NCBI RefSeq assembly: GCF_018977255.1
Contig: NW_024704751.1
Location: 11,408,001 to 11,472,000, forward strand
From: Callorhinchus milii
Lineage: Eukaryota
DNA: 64,000 nucleotides
Direction: 5' to 3'
This document shows positions 30,371-56,400 of the stretch, in pieces. Below the pieces are notes generated by a model, which worked only from the letters and a program-made list of their open reading frames with translations, did no database searches and was not told where the DNA came from. The translations under genes and the position numbers were made by a program. Numbering within the stretch: position 1 is the stretch's first letter; every line of letters starts with the position of its first letter.

Positions 30371-33300
30371 GCTGATGGTCTTCCCGTTCATCAACGGACA
30401 GTAGCATTTATTAAATGCATCAGATAGACTGTCTGCATTGAGGCCTTATTCATCTTCTGGCTCTCGCTCTGACCTGTACATAGGTTCCATAGGTTTCCTT
30501 TTTTTATATAAAAAAGAAAATTGATTGTTGCTGTTGTGTTTTCCCATCTATTGTACAAGAATAAGGATTCACCGGCCTGACAGCCATTTGCAGTACTATT
30601 AATCCAATTTAGCTGACTGTTTTAAAGTGGGATTCTTTAAACCTGCCCAGCAAGGTAAGACTTCACTGAGAACTCCGGGGAATTATTTTGCTTTAAGTGT
30701 TTCATAAGGTATCTATTTGACTGTCAATCAGAAGAATGCAGTCTGTACCCCCAAAGGACTAGTGAAATAATGGTTATTACACTGCTAATAGGGATGAGTG
30801 TTTGTAGCTTTGGAAGATAAAATGTTTGAGCATGAGTTAGTTTCTGACTTGAAAGGTTAGAGGGATGACGCGTTTTTTTATCGGCGTGGTTGGGGCTGGT
30901 GGTGAGTGTTTCATTCACTATTACTTCCCAAAGCTAAGGTGGCTGAGGGGTGGGGGGGGGAAGGTTTGCTGTTGATTTGCCTTTTGAAGATCAATTGCAA
31001 ACCTCCATTCCTACTTTTAAAGACGGCATTGAGTAATTGATAATGGGAATATCAAGTTCTTACTTAAGAACCCTTTTTGATAAAAAAATTCTTTCCTATT
31101 GAAATTACCTGTTCATTCATCCAGAAAGTGGTTATAATAATAATCTTTACATTTGATATAGTGGCTTATCACATCGTCTAGACGTCCCAAAGCGCATTAG
31201 AATATACTGTCAAGTGAATTTACTGTATATTTTGTGGGAGAAACATGGCAACCAGTTACGTACAGCAGCGTTCCCACAAATAGTTGTGGATTGAGTGACC
31301 AAATTATTATTTTTTATGGTTATCATGGATACTCTTCAGGGAATCTGCCGTCTGAAAGCCAGCCTCTCATCTGCAACAGTTTTCTGATATCGTGTTGCCA
31401 TTGCCCCGTACAGTGAAATATTTATAGCCTTGGAGTTTTTTTATAACAAAAAAAGTTTTGAATTTGTGAATGGAAAATTTTCTGTTGTGTGATACGTGTG
31501 GCTTGATCTGAGAAGTCTAGTTTGTGGGGAAAACTTCCTTTTGCAACAGGCAACATGGATCTACTGAAACAGAAAGGTTAATGTGTGAAATGCATCCTGT
31601 TTTGTCAATATAACTGTCATTACTACTGAGAACAGTAACTAGGTTTCTTTTTCTCAAAGCTGTCTCTAGAGGGTCACCAAATTTAAAACATTTCCAGGGA
31701 TTGAAATGCTTGTTCACTTTCGGTCATCAACCAAGTCAGTAGATTGTGTTGATTTGTTTACTGACATCTACTTCTGATTGTTAAAGAGTGACTGTATCCA
31801 TAATCTAATAGGAACAACTGCTATCTTTCAGATTCCAATGAAATTGAGACACGCACACAGTAATGTGTGTGACTATGATCAAAATCAAACTTGTAACCGC
31901 TTAAAACAAATACAACCACATGCACACATTCACAACTTTGTTTCCTACATTTTCCTTAATGAAGCATTGCCAGTTTGAATTAAGAGTAAATGCTGCAAAT
32001 GTTAATAAGGGGTGAATTGACTTGATCGTGCTAAACTGATGCTGTGTGTTTCGGGAGGGAAAGGGGTCAAAAGAGAGAAGGGAGTTTCTTCCAGCAAAGA
32101 GAGAGATCAAATGTAGATTCTGTACAAGTCGTCAAAACATTGGAATCTCAGAACATTTTATTTTACTGTATGTGAAGATTTTTCTAATTCTTAATTTTCT
32201 TCTGTGCATAAACCAAATAAAACTACAGCTGTCATACTGTACCTCAATGTCGCTGATGAAAGGACTGTAGACTTGTGAAATGCTGTGTCACATTGATTAT
32301 ACTTGTTGAGGGCGATTTTTGTTGGAAAATAAAGTGGCTGATTACCGTGATTTTGTAAAAACAAAGTTGCCATCCATTTCAGCTGATATCCCAGCATTGC
32401 AACGCTGATCCCAACATCACAGAAATGAGTTCAGAAATGTCCAGAGCTATATGAAATGAGCATTCCTTGATTGTATGTGAACGTTCATTGAATTGTGCCT
32501 GAGACGTGCACAAAGAGACTTGCGAAGGGGTAAGGAAAGGCCGTTGAGATGAATGGGAGGAGGAGTTTTCAATCTTTTATCTTCTGGCCTTTTGCCCATT
32601 CATTTTGTTCTTTCTGGAAGTTTGGTTCTTACTTGTGAGAAGAATCGATGACATTTAACAGGAAGCACCAATTAGAAACGTATCTACTCCAGGAACAGGA
32701 CAGTCTGACCACCCTATTGAACATCTGTCACCACACTCGATGCGTTTAACCCCTTGGGCTAGTTGAAGGCACTGATTGTGTCTTCCTGTATGCTTCTCGC
32801 TGAGCTGGTGTGAAACCTCCAGATGTTAACAATAACAACTATCATTTACACAGCGCCCCTCACGCAGGGTAGTGTCCCAGAGCGCTTGAGAGTGGTGGAG
32901 TACGACAACGAGCCGTAGGCATGGTCAAAAAGGAAGGTCTTAAGGTGCGACCCGATGATGGGAATACCCGTTGGACCTTTAACCCCTATGGCCAGACTTA
33001 CACTTGATTGGCTTTCCCATAGCTCGCCAACATTGCCATCCTCTGCCACTATCTCTTCCCTCCTCCCTGCCCCAGGTCTGTTCTCAACTCTGCACCGAGA
33101 CTGCCCTGGTCAAAAGTGACCAACAACTTGGCCATCGTGTGGTAGGTTGTGATAGTGCACACCAAACCGCAAGGGCAGGATTTGGTTCGCACACTGTAGC
33201 ACGGTTGTAAAGAGTTTCTTACCAATGTCCTTCAAAATAAATCTGTACGATCTATTTTCACATTGCCATTGTGAGTAGTTCGTAATTGCTTATCAACCTT

Positions 33301-34509
33301 AATGCTGTGGGCTCCCAAGTCGACCTTACCTCAATCCCCGGGAACTCCCATTGTACAATTCTGCTAACGCAATCCCAAATAAAGCTTGCTCTTTTGAAGG
33401 GTTAGACTTGAAAATATAAATTTTTCGTTCCCTCTGAGATGGTGATCGACCTTTTATGCGGTTCTGCTGTAGATTTCCATCGCTTCAGTTTTCTAGTGAA
33501 CTTTACCGTTGTGTTCTTGTGATCTAATATTGGATGCTTTCGGTCGCTATATATAGCCTCACCATTTGCTCCCAAAAGCATGCGATACATATGCTTGCTC
33601 AGGCCTGCTGTGGTATTGATAACCTGATCAAATAACCAGCACTTAAAGTGGTTCACGCAAAGTGTGTAGGAGGAAGAGGAGGTCTTTTAACATTCGTCTC
33701 GCTCCATATGAAATGTAGTGTGTTACTATATATATATGTGATTAACCGATTCTCAATCTATACTCAACTTTTGAACTCTAATGCTGTTAACAATATGTGT
33801 CTCAAAAGTCTGGTCCTTCACAGAGGCTATAATTATTTGAGTACATCCAATACATATAATATATTATATGAGTACATATAATATAATAACACGTGCGTTT
33901 GATATACACACACACGATGAGCACAGATGGCTTTACAGTAAAGCGCTTTGAGACGTCTCGACGACACAGAGTGGTGTTGCAACTAAAAAGAGAGAAACGC
34001 TAACCCCTCGTGGTAAGGGCGGACCGTCAAATGATCTTTATTAGATAGAAGCTGTCAGAAAACAGATGACAGCTTCTACAATTTACAATATGTCCTGTGA
34101 AGCGCTGTGAGACGTCTCGACGACATGATAAAGCCGCTGTCGTAAATGCAAGGATAATTATTATCGGTACAATATTATTTCGCCCACAAAATACACAGTA
34201 TACCCTGCGAAGCGAGCGCTTTGAGATGTCTCAACCGCGCCATCAGATGCAGGGATTTTTGCCAATAATAATCTTGCATTTGACGCAGAGTCTTATAATG
34301 CCTTCGCAAGGTCTCAAAGCGCTTCACTGAGTGGATCGTAAAGTGAATTGACCGTATAATTCGTGGGATGAAACGCGGCAACCGAACCTGCACAGCAGCG
34401 TCCCCACAAACAGCCGTGGATCGAGCGACCGAACGAATCATTATCATTTACTTAAAAGATTTCGAGAGGATTGCGACACCCGGAAAGCGATCCCGCTGAA
34501 CCGACCGAC

Positions 34510-34795
34510 AGCAATAATAATATTGCTATAATATAATAATCCGTGAATCTGATTTAGCGCTTTTCTCGCCGTCTCAAAGCGCTTCCCAGAATACGCTGTA
34601 AAGCGAATTGACCGCATATTTGTGGGCGAAACGCGGCGGCCGATTGCGCACCGCAGCGTCCCCACAAACAGCCGCGGATTGAAAATAACCAATTTATTAT
34701 TGTTTTGGAGGGATTATTATCAGGTGTGTGTGTGTGTGTGTGTAGTAAGGGAACTTTCCCGAGGTTTCGCCCTGACCTGACCTGACCTGCCCGGA
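34510..34795 (-). mobile_element. 5'-truncated tRNA-derived SINE, (CA)n-containing variant
   Basis: Body and tail match 44095-44477; the head is lost after CCTGACCTGCCCGGA. Other SINE fragments cluster at 33920-34445. Confidence 0.8.
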
Positions 34796-35105
34796 GTCTC
34801 GCTCGCTCTCTCTGTCAACCTCTTCCCCCGGCTACGGCTCGGAGCGAGGAAACTCGGGCAAGCCTTTGGTTGCAATAATAATTATCATTTCCGTGGATGC
34901 CGGCGGCGTGATCGTTTGCTCAGTTGCGTGTGTTGGGGGTGGGGGGGAAGAGTTTGATGCTCTGGTTCCTGCAGGTGGCAGTGACTGTTGGCTGACTCTA
35001 TCATTTTGGATTTTATTTGCAGTCTCTCTTTCTCTTTCTCTTTTTCTCGCTCTGATTTTTTTCCGGCTGCTCAGGAAATGACGGCGATGGGTTCATTGCC
35101 CCCGG

Positions 35106-35150
35106 TATAAAACAGCTGCTGGGGGGAGAGGTTCTTCCTCTGTCTCCTGG
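35106..35150 (+). promoter_or_regulatory. PABPC4 core promoter: TATA box and pyrimidine-tract (TOP-like) start
   Basis: TATAAAA at 35106-35112; CTTCCTCTGTCTCC begins at 35134, 28 nt downstream. Cytoplasmic PABP mRNAs and snoRNA hosts are commonly 5'TOP. Confidence 0.6.
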
Positions 35151-36131
35151 CCCCACAGACAGCAGCAGAGCCCACAGTGGGTGAGAGTGAGTGTGGAGCG
35201 GACATCACCAGCAGTAGCCACTCACTCACTCACTCACGGATACACAGTATCTATCATATATATCATCTCTATCTCACGTCATATATAAATATATATATAC
35301 ATATATACGTGTGTTATATATTATAGAGGGGAAAAAAAACTCAGAAAAACACCGCAAAAGTTTCATTTGGAAGGAAACAAATAATAACACTAATAAGAAG
35401 GAAAAAAAAACAACAAACTACTTTTAAATGTTTTATTTATTTATTTATAGTGGGGGCGGAAAAAAATGAACAAACAAAGTGAGAAGCACTGAGCAAAACC
35501 CAAGTCAAGAGAGAGGGACACAGACAGACAGAGACACAGAGTGAGAGACACAGACACAGAGAGAGACAGAGACACAGACAGAGAGAGAGAGAGGTCTAAA
35601 CTTTTTAAAGGGTTTTTCATCTGTTATTAACATAAAAAGGAGCATAATTTTTTTTTAAAAAAAGGTGGTGGGGGGGAGAGAAAAAACTTAATTCCGAGGT
35701 TTGAGGATTGATTTCAAAGGAGATTGAAGAGTATTTTTCTCCCTCACCCCCAAAAAAAGAGGAATCAAAACCTGTTTTCCTGCAGAATTTTTTAATATAT
35801 ATATATTATATACGTATACACGCGCACATAACAGGTAGACGTAACGAAGAAAGTTGTTTTTTTTTATTGTAATTTTTAAAAAAAATATATAAAAAACAAA
35901 CAGGAAAGACCAGAAACAGTCTGTCGTGGATTTGATTTGAAGATTTCGATCCTGAGAAGGGAAAGGGGGAAAAAAAACATTTATAATAATAATAATAATC
36001 ATAATAATAATAATAATTATAGTCCTTGCATTTGATACAGCGCCTTAATAATCCGTTGGGAAAGTTTCTGGCAGTTTCTCTGCGCTGAATTGATTGCTAA
36101 CGTCGCGAGGCGGTTTGAAGGGGGAGGTTAA

Positions 36132-50957
<14,826 letters not shown>

Positions 50958-51178
50958 ACGTCACCTGGAGATCGTACCCGGTAAAGCATCTAAATAAATA
51001 CTCCGACGCTAATCATTATTGGCTGCCGTGGTTCGCCCACAAAATACACCATCAGTTCACTTTACAGCGGATCCTGGGAAGCGCTTTGAGACGTCTCGAA
51101 GACGTGATAAGGCGCTGTGTCAAATGCCAGGACTGTTCTATGCCACAAACGCAGTTACAAATCTGTTTTCAATTGCAG

Positions 51179-51640
51179 GATTCAAGAAAAGCTGAACGAT
51201 TCTACACCTTTGGATCCAGGTTTATTCAGACTGGATGGAGCTTGGATTGTTCTTGCCTTTGGGGAGGAGGGGGAAAAAAAAACAAAAAAAAAAACAGAAA
51301 AATTCAAAATAATCAGACTGAAACATTTTAAGACTTTGAAAGATATATTTGATATATTTTGATAAAGTATATTGTTATCAAGCAGGACAGACACTACACT
51401 GATTTACAACTTGCTTTGTTTGGAGAATAGATATCTGTGGCCAGGATAGATTATTTATTTTTCCGTTGTTTAAGAGAAGAGGAAAGAAATAGCGAATGGT
51501 GTGGGGTTGGAGCTGGATTTTTGCTTTGTTTTTTTCCAGTTGGGTTTTAGCGCCGAGATGTGTTTTTGCTTTTTAAAAACTCCGGTTTGCGTAAATCTGG
51601 TTGTGGGAGGACAAACAATAAAAACTGCTGTTTCACTAAA
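51179..51640 (+). other. PABPC4: PABPC4 terminal non-coding exon (3' UTR) with polyA signal
   Basis: Donor CCG|GTAAAG at 50980/50981, 23 nt after the stop; acceptor TTGCAG| at 51178; AATAAA at 51617-51622. Confidence 0.75.
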
Positions 51641-51869
51641 GGTTGTCGATGGTCTGATTTATGTCGTCTCTGAACTTGGGAACATCGATGATTCGTGGGA
51701 TTGTAGACTTGGAACTTTTCTGATATTCATTACTGTAGTTTTTATTTCCCGCTCCCTGTTTCTGCCAATTTTCTCCTGCCTTGAAAGTGTTGACTCCCCA
51801 GGAAGGGTTCTAAGTGCCCTGTGTGGAGGGCGCGACATATCAATGCAAGTCGTTGTTCGAAGGGTAAGA

Positions 51870-52040
51870 TCCCACCAGCACCTACTTGTACCTCCAGTAC
51901 CTTGTCACGAGAGCGTAAGCAAATCTCTTGTGGCTTCACAACTGAGCCTGATACACCCCACACACGCCTCCAACCGTGTAAGCCGGGTTAGCAACGGAAG
52001 CAAGATCTCTTAGGGTGACTGAGGCCAACTGTACCCCTGT
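51870..52040 (-). mobile_element. Degenerate ancient SINE remnant (AmnSINE2-like)
   Basis: Reverse complement TACAGTTGGCCTCAGTCACCC..GGCGTGTGTGG..GGCTCAGTTGTGAAGCC..GGTACTGGAGG resembles the recalled consensus; related fragments at ~15850-15930(-), 49580-49740 and 55960-56120. Confidence 0.4.
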
Positions 52041-52669
52041 GTCATGATTCACACTGTCCAGGACCTTCAGCATCTGAAAAGACAGCGATCGTATGGCCAA
52101 TTCATAGAATCTTACAGCACCGGCCATTAGAAGTCCAGCGCATTTTCCCTTTTCGAGTAACTATCCAATTCTCTTTTTGAGCGCTATGGTATCTGCGGCC
52201 GCCGGCCTCTCGGGCGGCGCATTCCAGATCTGTGCCGAGTTTCTCAAGGTCCAGAATAGTAAAACCAGAACAAACAAACCTGCGAAGCACTATTTCAGTG
52301 ACTATTTCAGTGAGCGAACAGTGAACCTGTGGCACAGGGTCCCTGAGGAGACGGCTCGAAGCCGGAAATGTTGATTAGACAGTTTTAGGAAATAACCTGA
52401 TGGGGTACGGCACAGGGGGAGCTCAGGACAGGGGTGCAAGTGACCGCCAGGGAGGTGGAAGGCGAACTCGCTGGGACCTGGGACCTTTCTGATCCTGATG
52501 TGTGTCTGTGTGTGTGTGTTATACCTATAACGTTGGACGAAGGATTAACATAATTGTTCAAACATTTTAAATTAAAAATAACATTCGGGTATTTTAAAAA
52601 ACCTCTTTGTGCTATTGTGTACAGTGACCGGGGTTCGATTCCCGGGCGGGTCAGAGCGAAAGCCTGGGA

Positions 52670-53005
52670 NNNNNNNNNNNNNNNNNNNNNNNNNNNNNNN
52701 NNNNNNNNNNNNNNNNNNNNNNNNNNNNNNNNNNNNNNNNNNNNNNNNNNNNNNNNNNNNNNNNNNNNNNNNNNNNNNNNNNNNNNNNNNNNNNNNNNNN
52801 NNNNNNNNNNNNNNNNNNNNNNNNNNNNNNNNNNNNNNNNNNNNNNNNNNNNNNNNNNNNNNNNNNNNNNNNNNNNNNNNNNNNNNNNNNNNNNNNNNNN
52901 NNNNNNNNNNNNNNNNNNNNNNNNNNNNNNNNNNNNNNNNNNNNNNNNNNNNNNNNNNNNNNNNNNNNNNNNNNNNNNNNNNNNNNNNNNNNNNNNNNNN
53001 NNNNN
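52670..53005. other. Assembly gap inside a SINE just upstream of PPIE
   Basis: N run between a SINE head (GGTTCGATTCCCGG) and its (CA)n linker/body. Confidence 1.
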
Positions 53006-53453
53006 ACACAGACACAGACAGACACTCACACACACACAGACACACACACGCGCCTGATAATCCTCTCAATGAAACAAAACGATACCAATTTGGGGGCTGT
53101 GCCCCTGTGTGTGTGTGTGTGTGGGGGGTGGGGGTGCCATCGGCTGCCGCGTTTGGGCCCCCGAAACACATGCACAGTCACTACACTCGACAGCGGGTCC
53201 CCCTGAAGCGCTCTCAGGGCGCGACCGGGCGCCGGGTCACACCCTCCGGGAACAGTGTCACTGTTCACTATGATTATGGTTATCGATTATTGGTTATTGA
53301 TTATTGGTTATTGATTATTGGTTGTTGATTGTGATCACCATGTGACCCCCTCCCCCCCCCCCCCCCCCCGGGCAGTGAGGATGGCGGTGCGGTGCGCGCA
53401 CTGACCACTGGGGGCGCTGTCGGCCCTGAGCCGCGCGGTCTGAGGGACACAAC

Positions 53454-56400
53454 ATGGCGGCGACCAAAAGGGTCCTCTATGTGGGTGAGTGGGAGACACA
53501 CACCGTCACACACCCCCTCACACACCCCCTCACACAGAGAGAGAGAGACCCTCACACACAGAGAGAGACACAGACCCTCACACACACCCTCACACACCCC
53601 CTCACACAGAGAGAGAGAGACCCTCACACACACCCTCACACAGAGAGAGAGAGACCCTCACACACAGAGAGAGAGAGACCCTCACACACCCCCTCACACA
53701 GAGAGAGAGAGACCCTCACACACACCCTCACACAGAGAGAGAGAGACCCTCACACACACCCTCACACACAGAGAGAGACACAGACCCTCACACACACCCT
53801 CACACAGAGAAAGAGAGACCCTCACACACACCCTCACACACAGAGAGAGAGAGAGAGACACAGACCCTCACACAGAGAGAGAGACCCTCACACACACCCT
53901 CACACAGAGAGAGACACAGACCCTCACACACAGATGGAGGCAGAGAGTGATAGAGAGACACACACAGCCCCCCCCCCCCCCCCCACACACACACACAGTG
54001 ACAGAGAGGTCAGGGTCCTGTATGTGGGTGAATGACAGAGACACACATCCAGAGAGACCCTCTTCCCCCCCCCACACACACACATACCCCCCCCACACAC
54101 ACACACACAGACTGAGAGACGTGTGGACAACAATGACGACTGAAGAGACAGAAACGACTTAAGTCGGGGTCAAGTTTTCCGGAGTTTNNNNNNNNNNNNN
54201 NNNNNNNNNNNNNNNNNNNNNNNNNNNNNNNNNNNNNNNNNNNNNNNNNNNNNNNNNNNNNNNNNNNNNNNNNNNNNNNNNNNNNNNNNNNNNNNNNNNN
54301 NNNNNNNNNNNNNNNNNNNNNNNNNNNNNNNNNNNNNNNNNNNNNNNNNNNNNNNNNNNNNNNNNNNNNNNNNNNNNNNNNNNNNNNNNNNNNNNNNNNN
54401 NNNNNNNNNNNNNNNNNNNNNNNNNNNNNNNNNNNNNNNNNNNNNNNNNNNNNNNNNNNNNNNNNNNNNNNNNNNNNNNNNNNNNNNNNNNNNNNNNNNN
54501 NNNNNNNNNNNNNNNNNNNNNNNNNNNGTGTGTACATGTGTGTGTATGTCTGTGTGTGTGTACATGTGTGTGTGTGTGTGTACATGTGTGCGTGTGTGTG
54601 TTGCTGTGTTTAACCACAGGTGGACTTGCTGAAGAGGTGGACGAGAAGGTGCTTCACGCTGCATTTATTCCATTTGGTGACATTATGGACATTCAAATAC
54701 CATTGGATTATGAAACTGGTGAGTGTTCATTCATCTCCGGCAACTGTTTGCCATTGTATTGGGTTTAAGCTGCTCAGCGAAGAGGTCCTTCTGATCTCTG
54801 CTCCGCCTTCTTTCTCCCACCTCAGGCCCCGGCGTATGTCCACCATCGGAGGGTACAGGAGAAATTACTTGGAAGCAAATAATAATAATGATAATAATGA
54901 CACAGCGCCTTATCACGTCTTCGAGACGTCTCAAAGCGCTTCACACAATATACTGTAAAGTAAATTGACTGTATTTTGTGGACGAAGTCAATCAGGGTTT
55001 GGGCCACGGTGGGGATGAGGTCGAGATGGAATATTGTGATGATATTAAAGTGTCTTCCCCAACCCCCCCCCACACATACAGTGACAGAGAGAGAGACACC
55101 ACACAGCCCCCACCACCGCCCATTTAAAAAACATTCTGAAATTCTCAGTAGATTGTGCAGCTAAGTGTTCGGTGTGACTTTCTCTGGACCTTTGCTCCCT
55201 TGTAGTAACTGAGATGCTCTAATTTGTTGGTCACTCCGTGAAGATGGGTGTAAATGGCAACGTGTTATTTTCCCTCCCACAGAAAAACACAGAGGATTTG
55301 CGTTCGTTGAGTTTGAGAATGCCGAGGTGAGTGTTTCACTCGATACGCTTCTCGGTGTTTTAGGGCCGGAGACAGCGATGTCTGAACAACGGTGCGTTTT
55401 CAAAGAGGCAAAACAAAAAGTGGGAATGACTGGACTGCTTCTGCGATTGCAAGTGATTACTTTGGACCCAAATGGAACTAGAAATTGTTCCATTTTTTTA
55501 TTGAAGTCTGGGTTGTGGAGTCCTGCAGCTCAGTGGTTAGAGCCCTCGCCTCACAAGCGAGAGGACCTGGGTTTGATTCCCGGGCGGGTCAGGGCGCAAC
55601 CTTAGGCAAGTTTCCTTACTCCACGCACTCACGTGCCTCTGTTTCCAGCAGTGAGTGCCTCAATACACGTCACTGTTTTCAGCGAGGGGAGACTTTAAGT
55701 GTGTGGCAACTTAGTTAATGATGAAAGGCTTAGAAAAACCCTACTGGTTGCTCTGTAACGTTTAATGACTTTACCCGTTCTCTTCCAGGATGCTGCAGCT
55801 GCGATCGATAACATGGTAAGTCACCGGTTAAACCTCGCTGTGGACCTCGAGACCTCTCACAGTGCTTCACAGGATAGACTGTAAAGTGTAGTGATTGTGT
55901 ATTTCGTGGGCAGAACGCAGCAGCCAGTCGCACACAGCGACGTCCCACAAACAGCCGTGGGTTGAATTCCCAGTTCGTGCCGAGTTGGTGAATCTGAGAC
56001 GCGAATGTTACGATTGCCGTTTGTTGTCGTGGGGGGGAATCATCCAGCGTTCAGCGTCTTGGGGAAGTCGCTAAAGGAAAGAGGCGGAGGGGGAATCTAG
56101 GTCTGGTTTTGGATGCCCAACTGAAGAACGAACGACGTGGCCTAATTTTTTCTGTCATCCCTTTCTGCTCGCAGAACGAATCGGAACTCTTTGGGAGGAC
56201 AATCCGTGTCAATCTGGCCAAGCCCATGCGGATCAAGGAAGGATCCTCCAGGCCGGGTAAGTACCCAAACAACAACAACTACTTAGAGCGCTCGCAAGCC
56301 ATGAATGCAATTGGCTGCCGAGTTTCACCCACAAAATACACAGCCACTAACTTTTACAGTGTATCCCATGAAGCGCTTTGAGACGTCTCGAAGACGTGAT

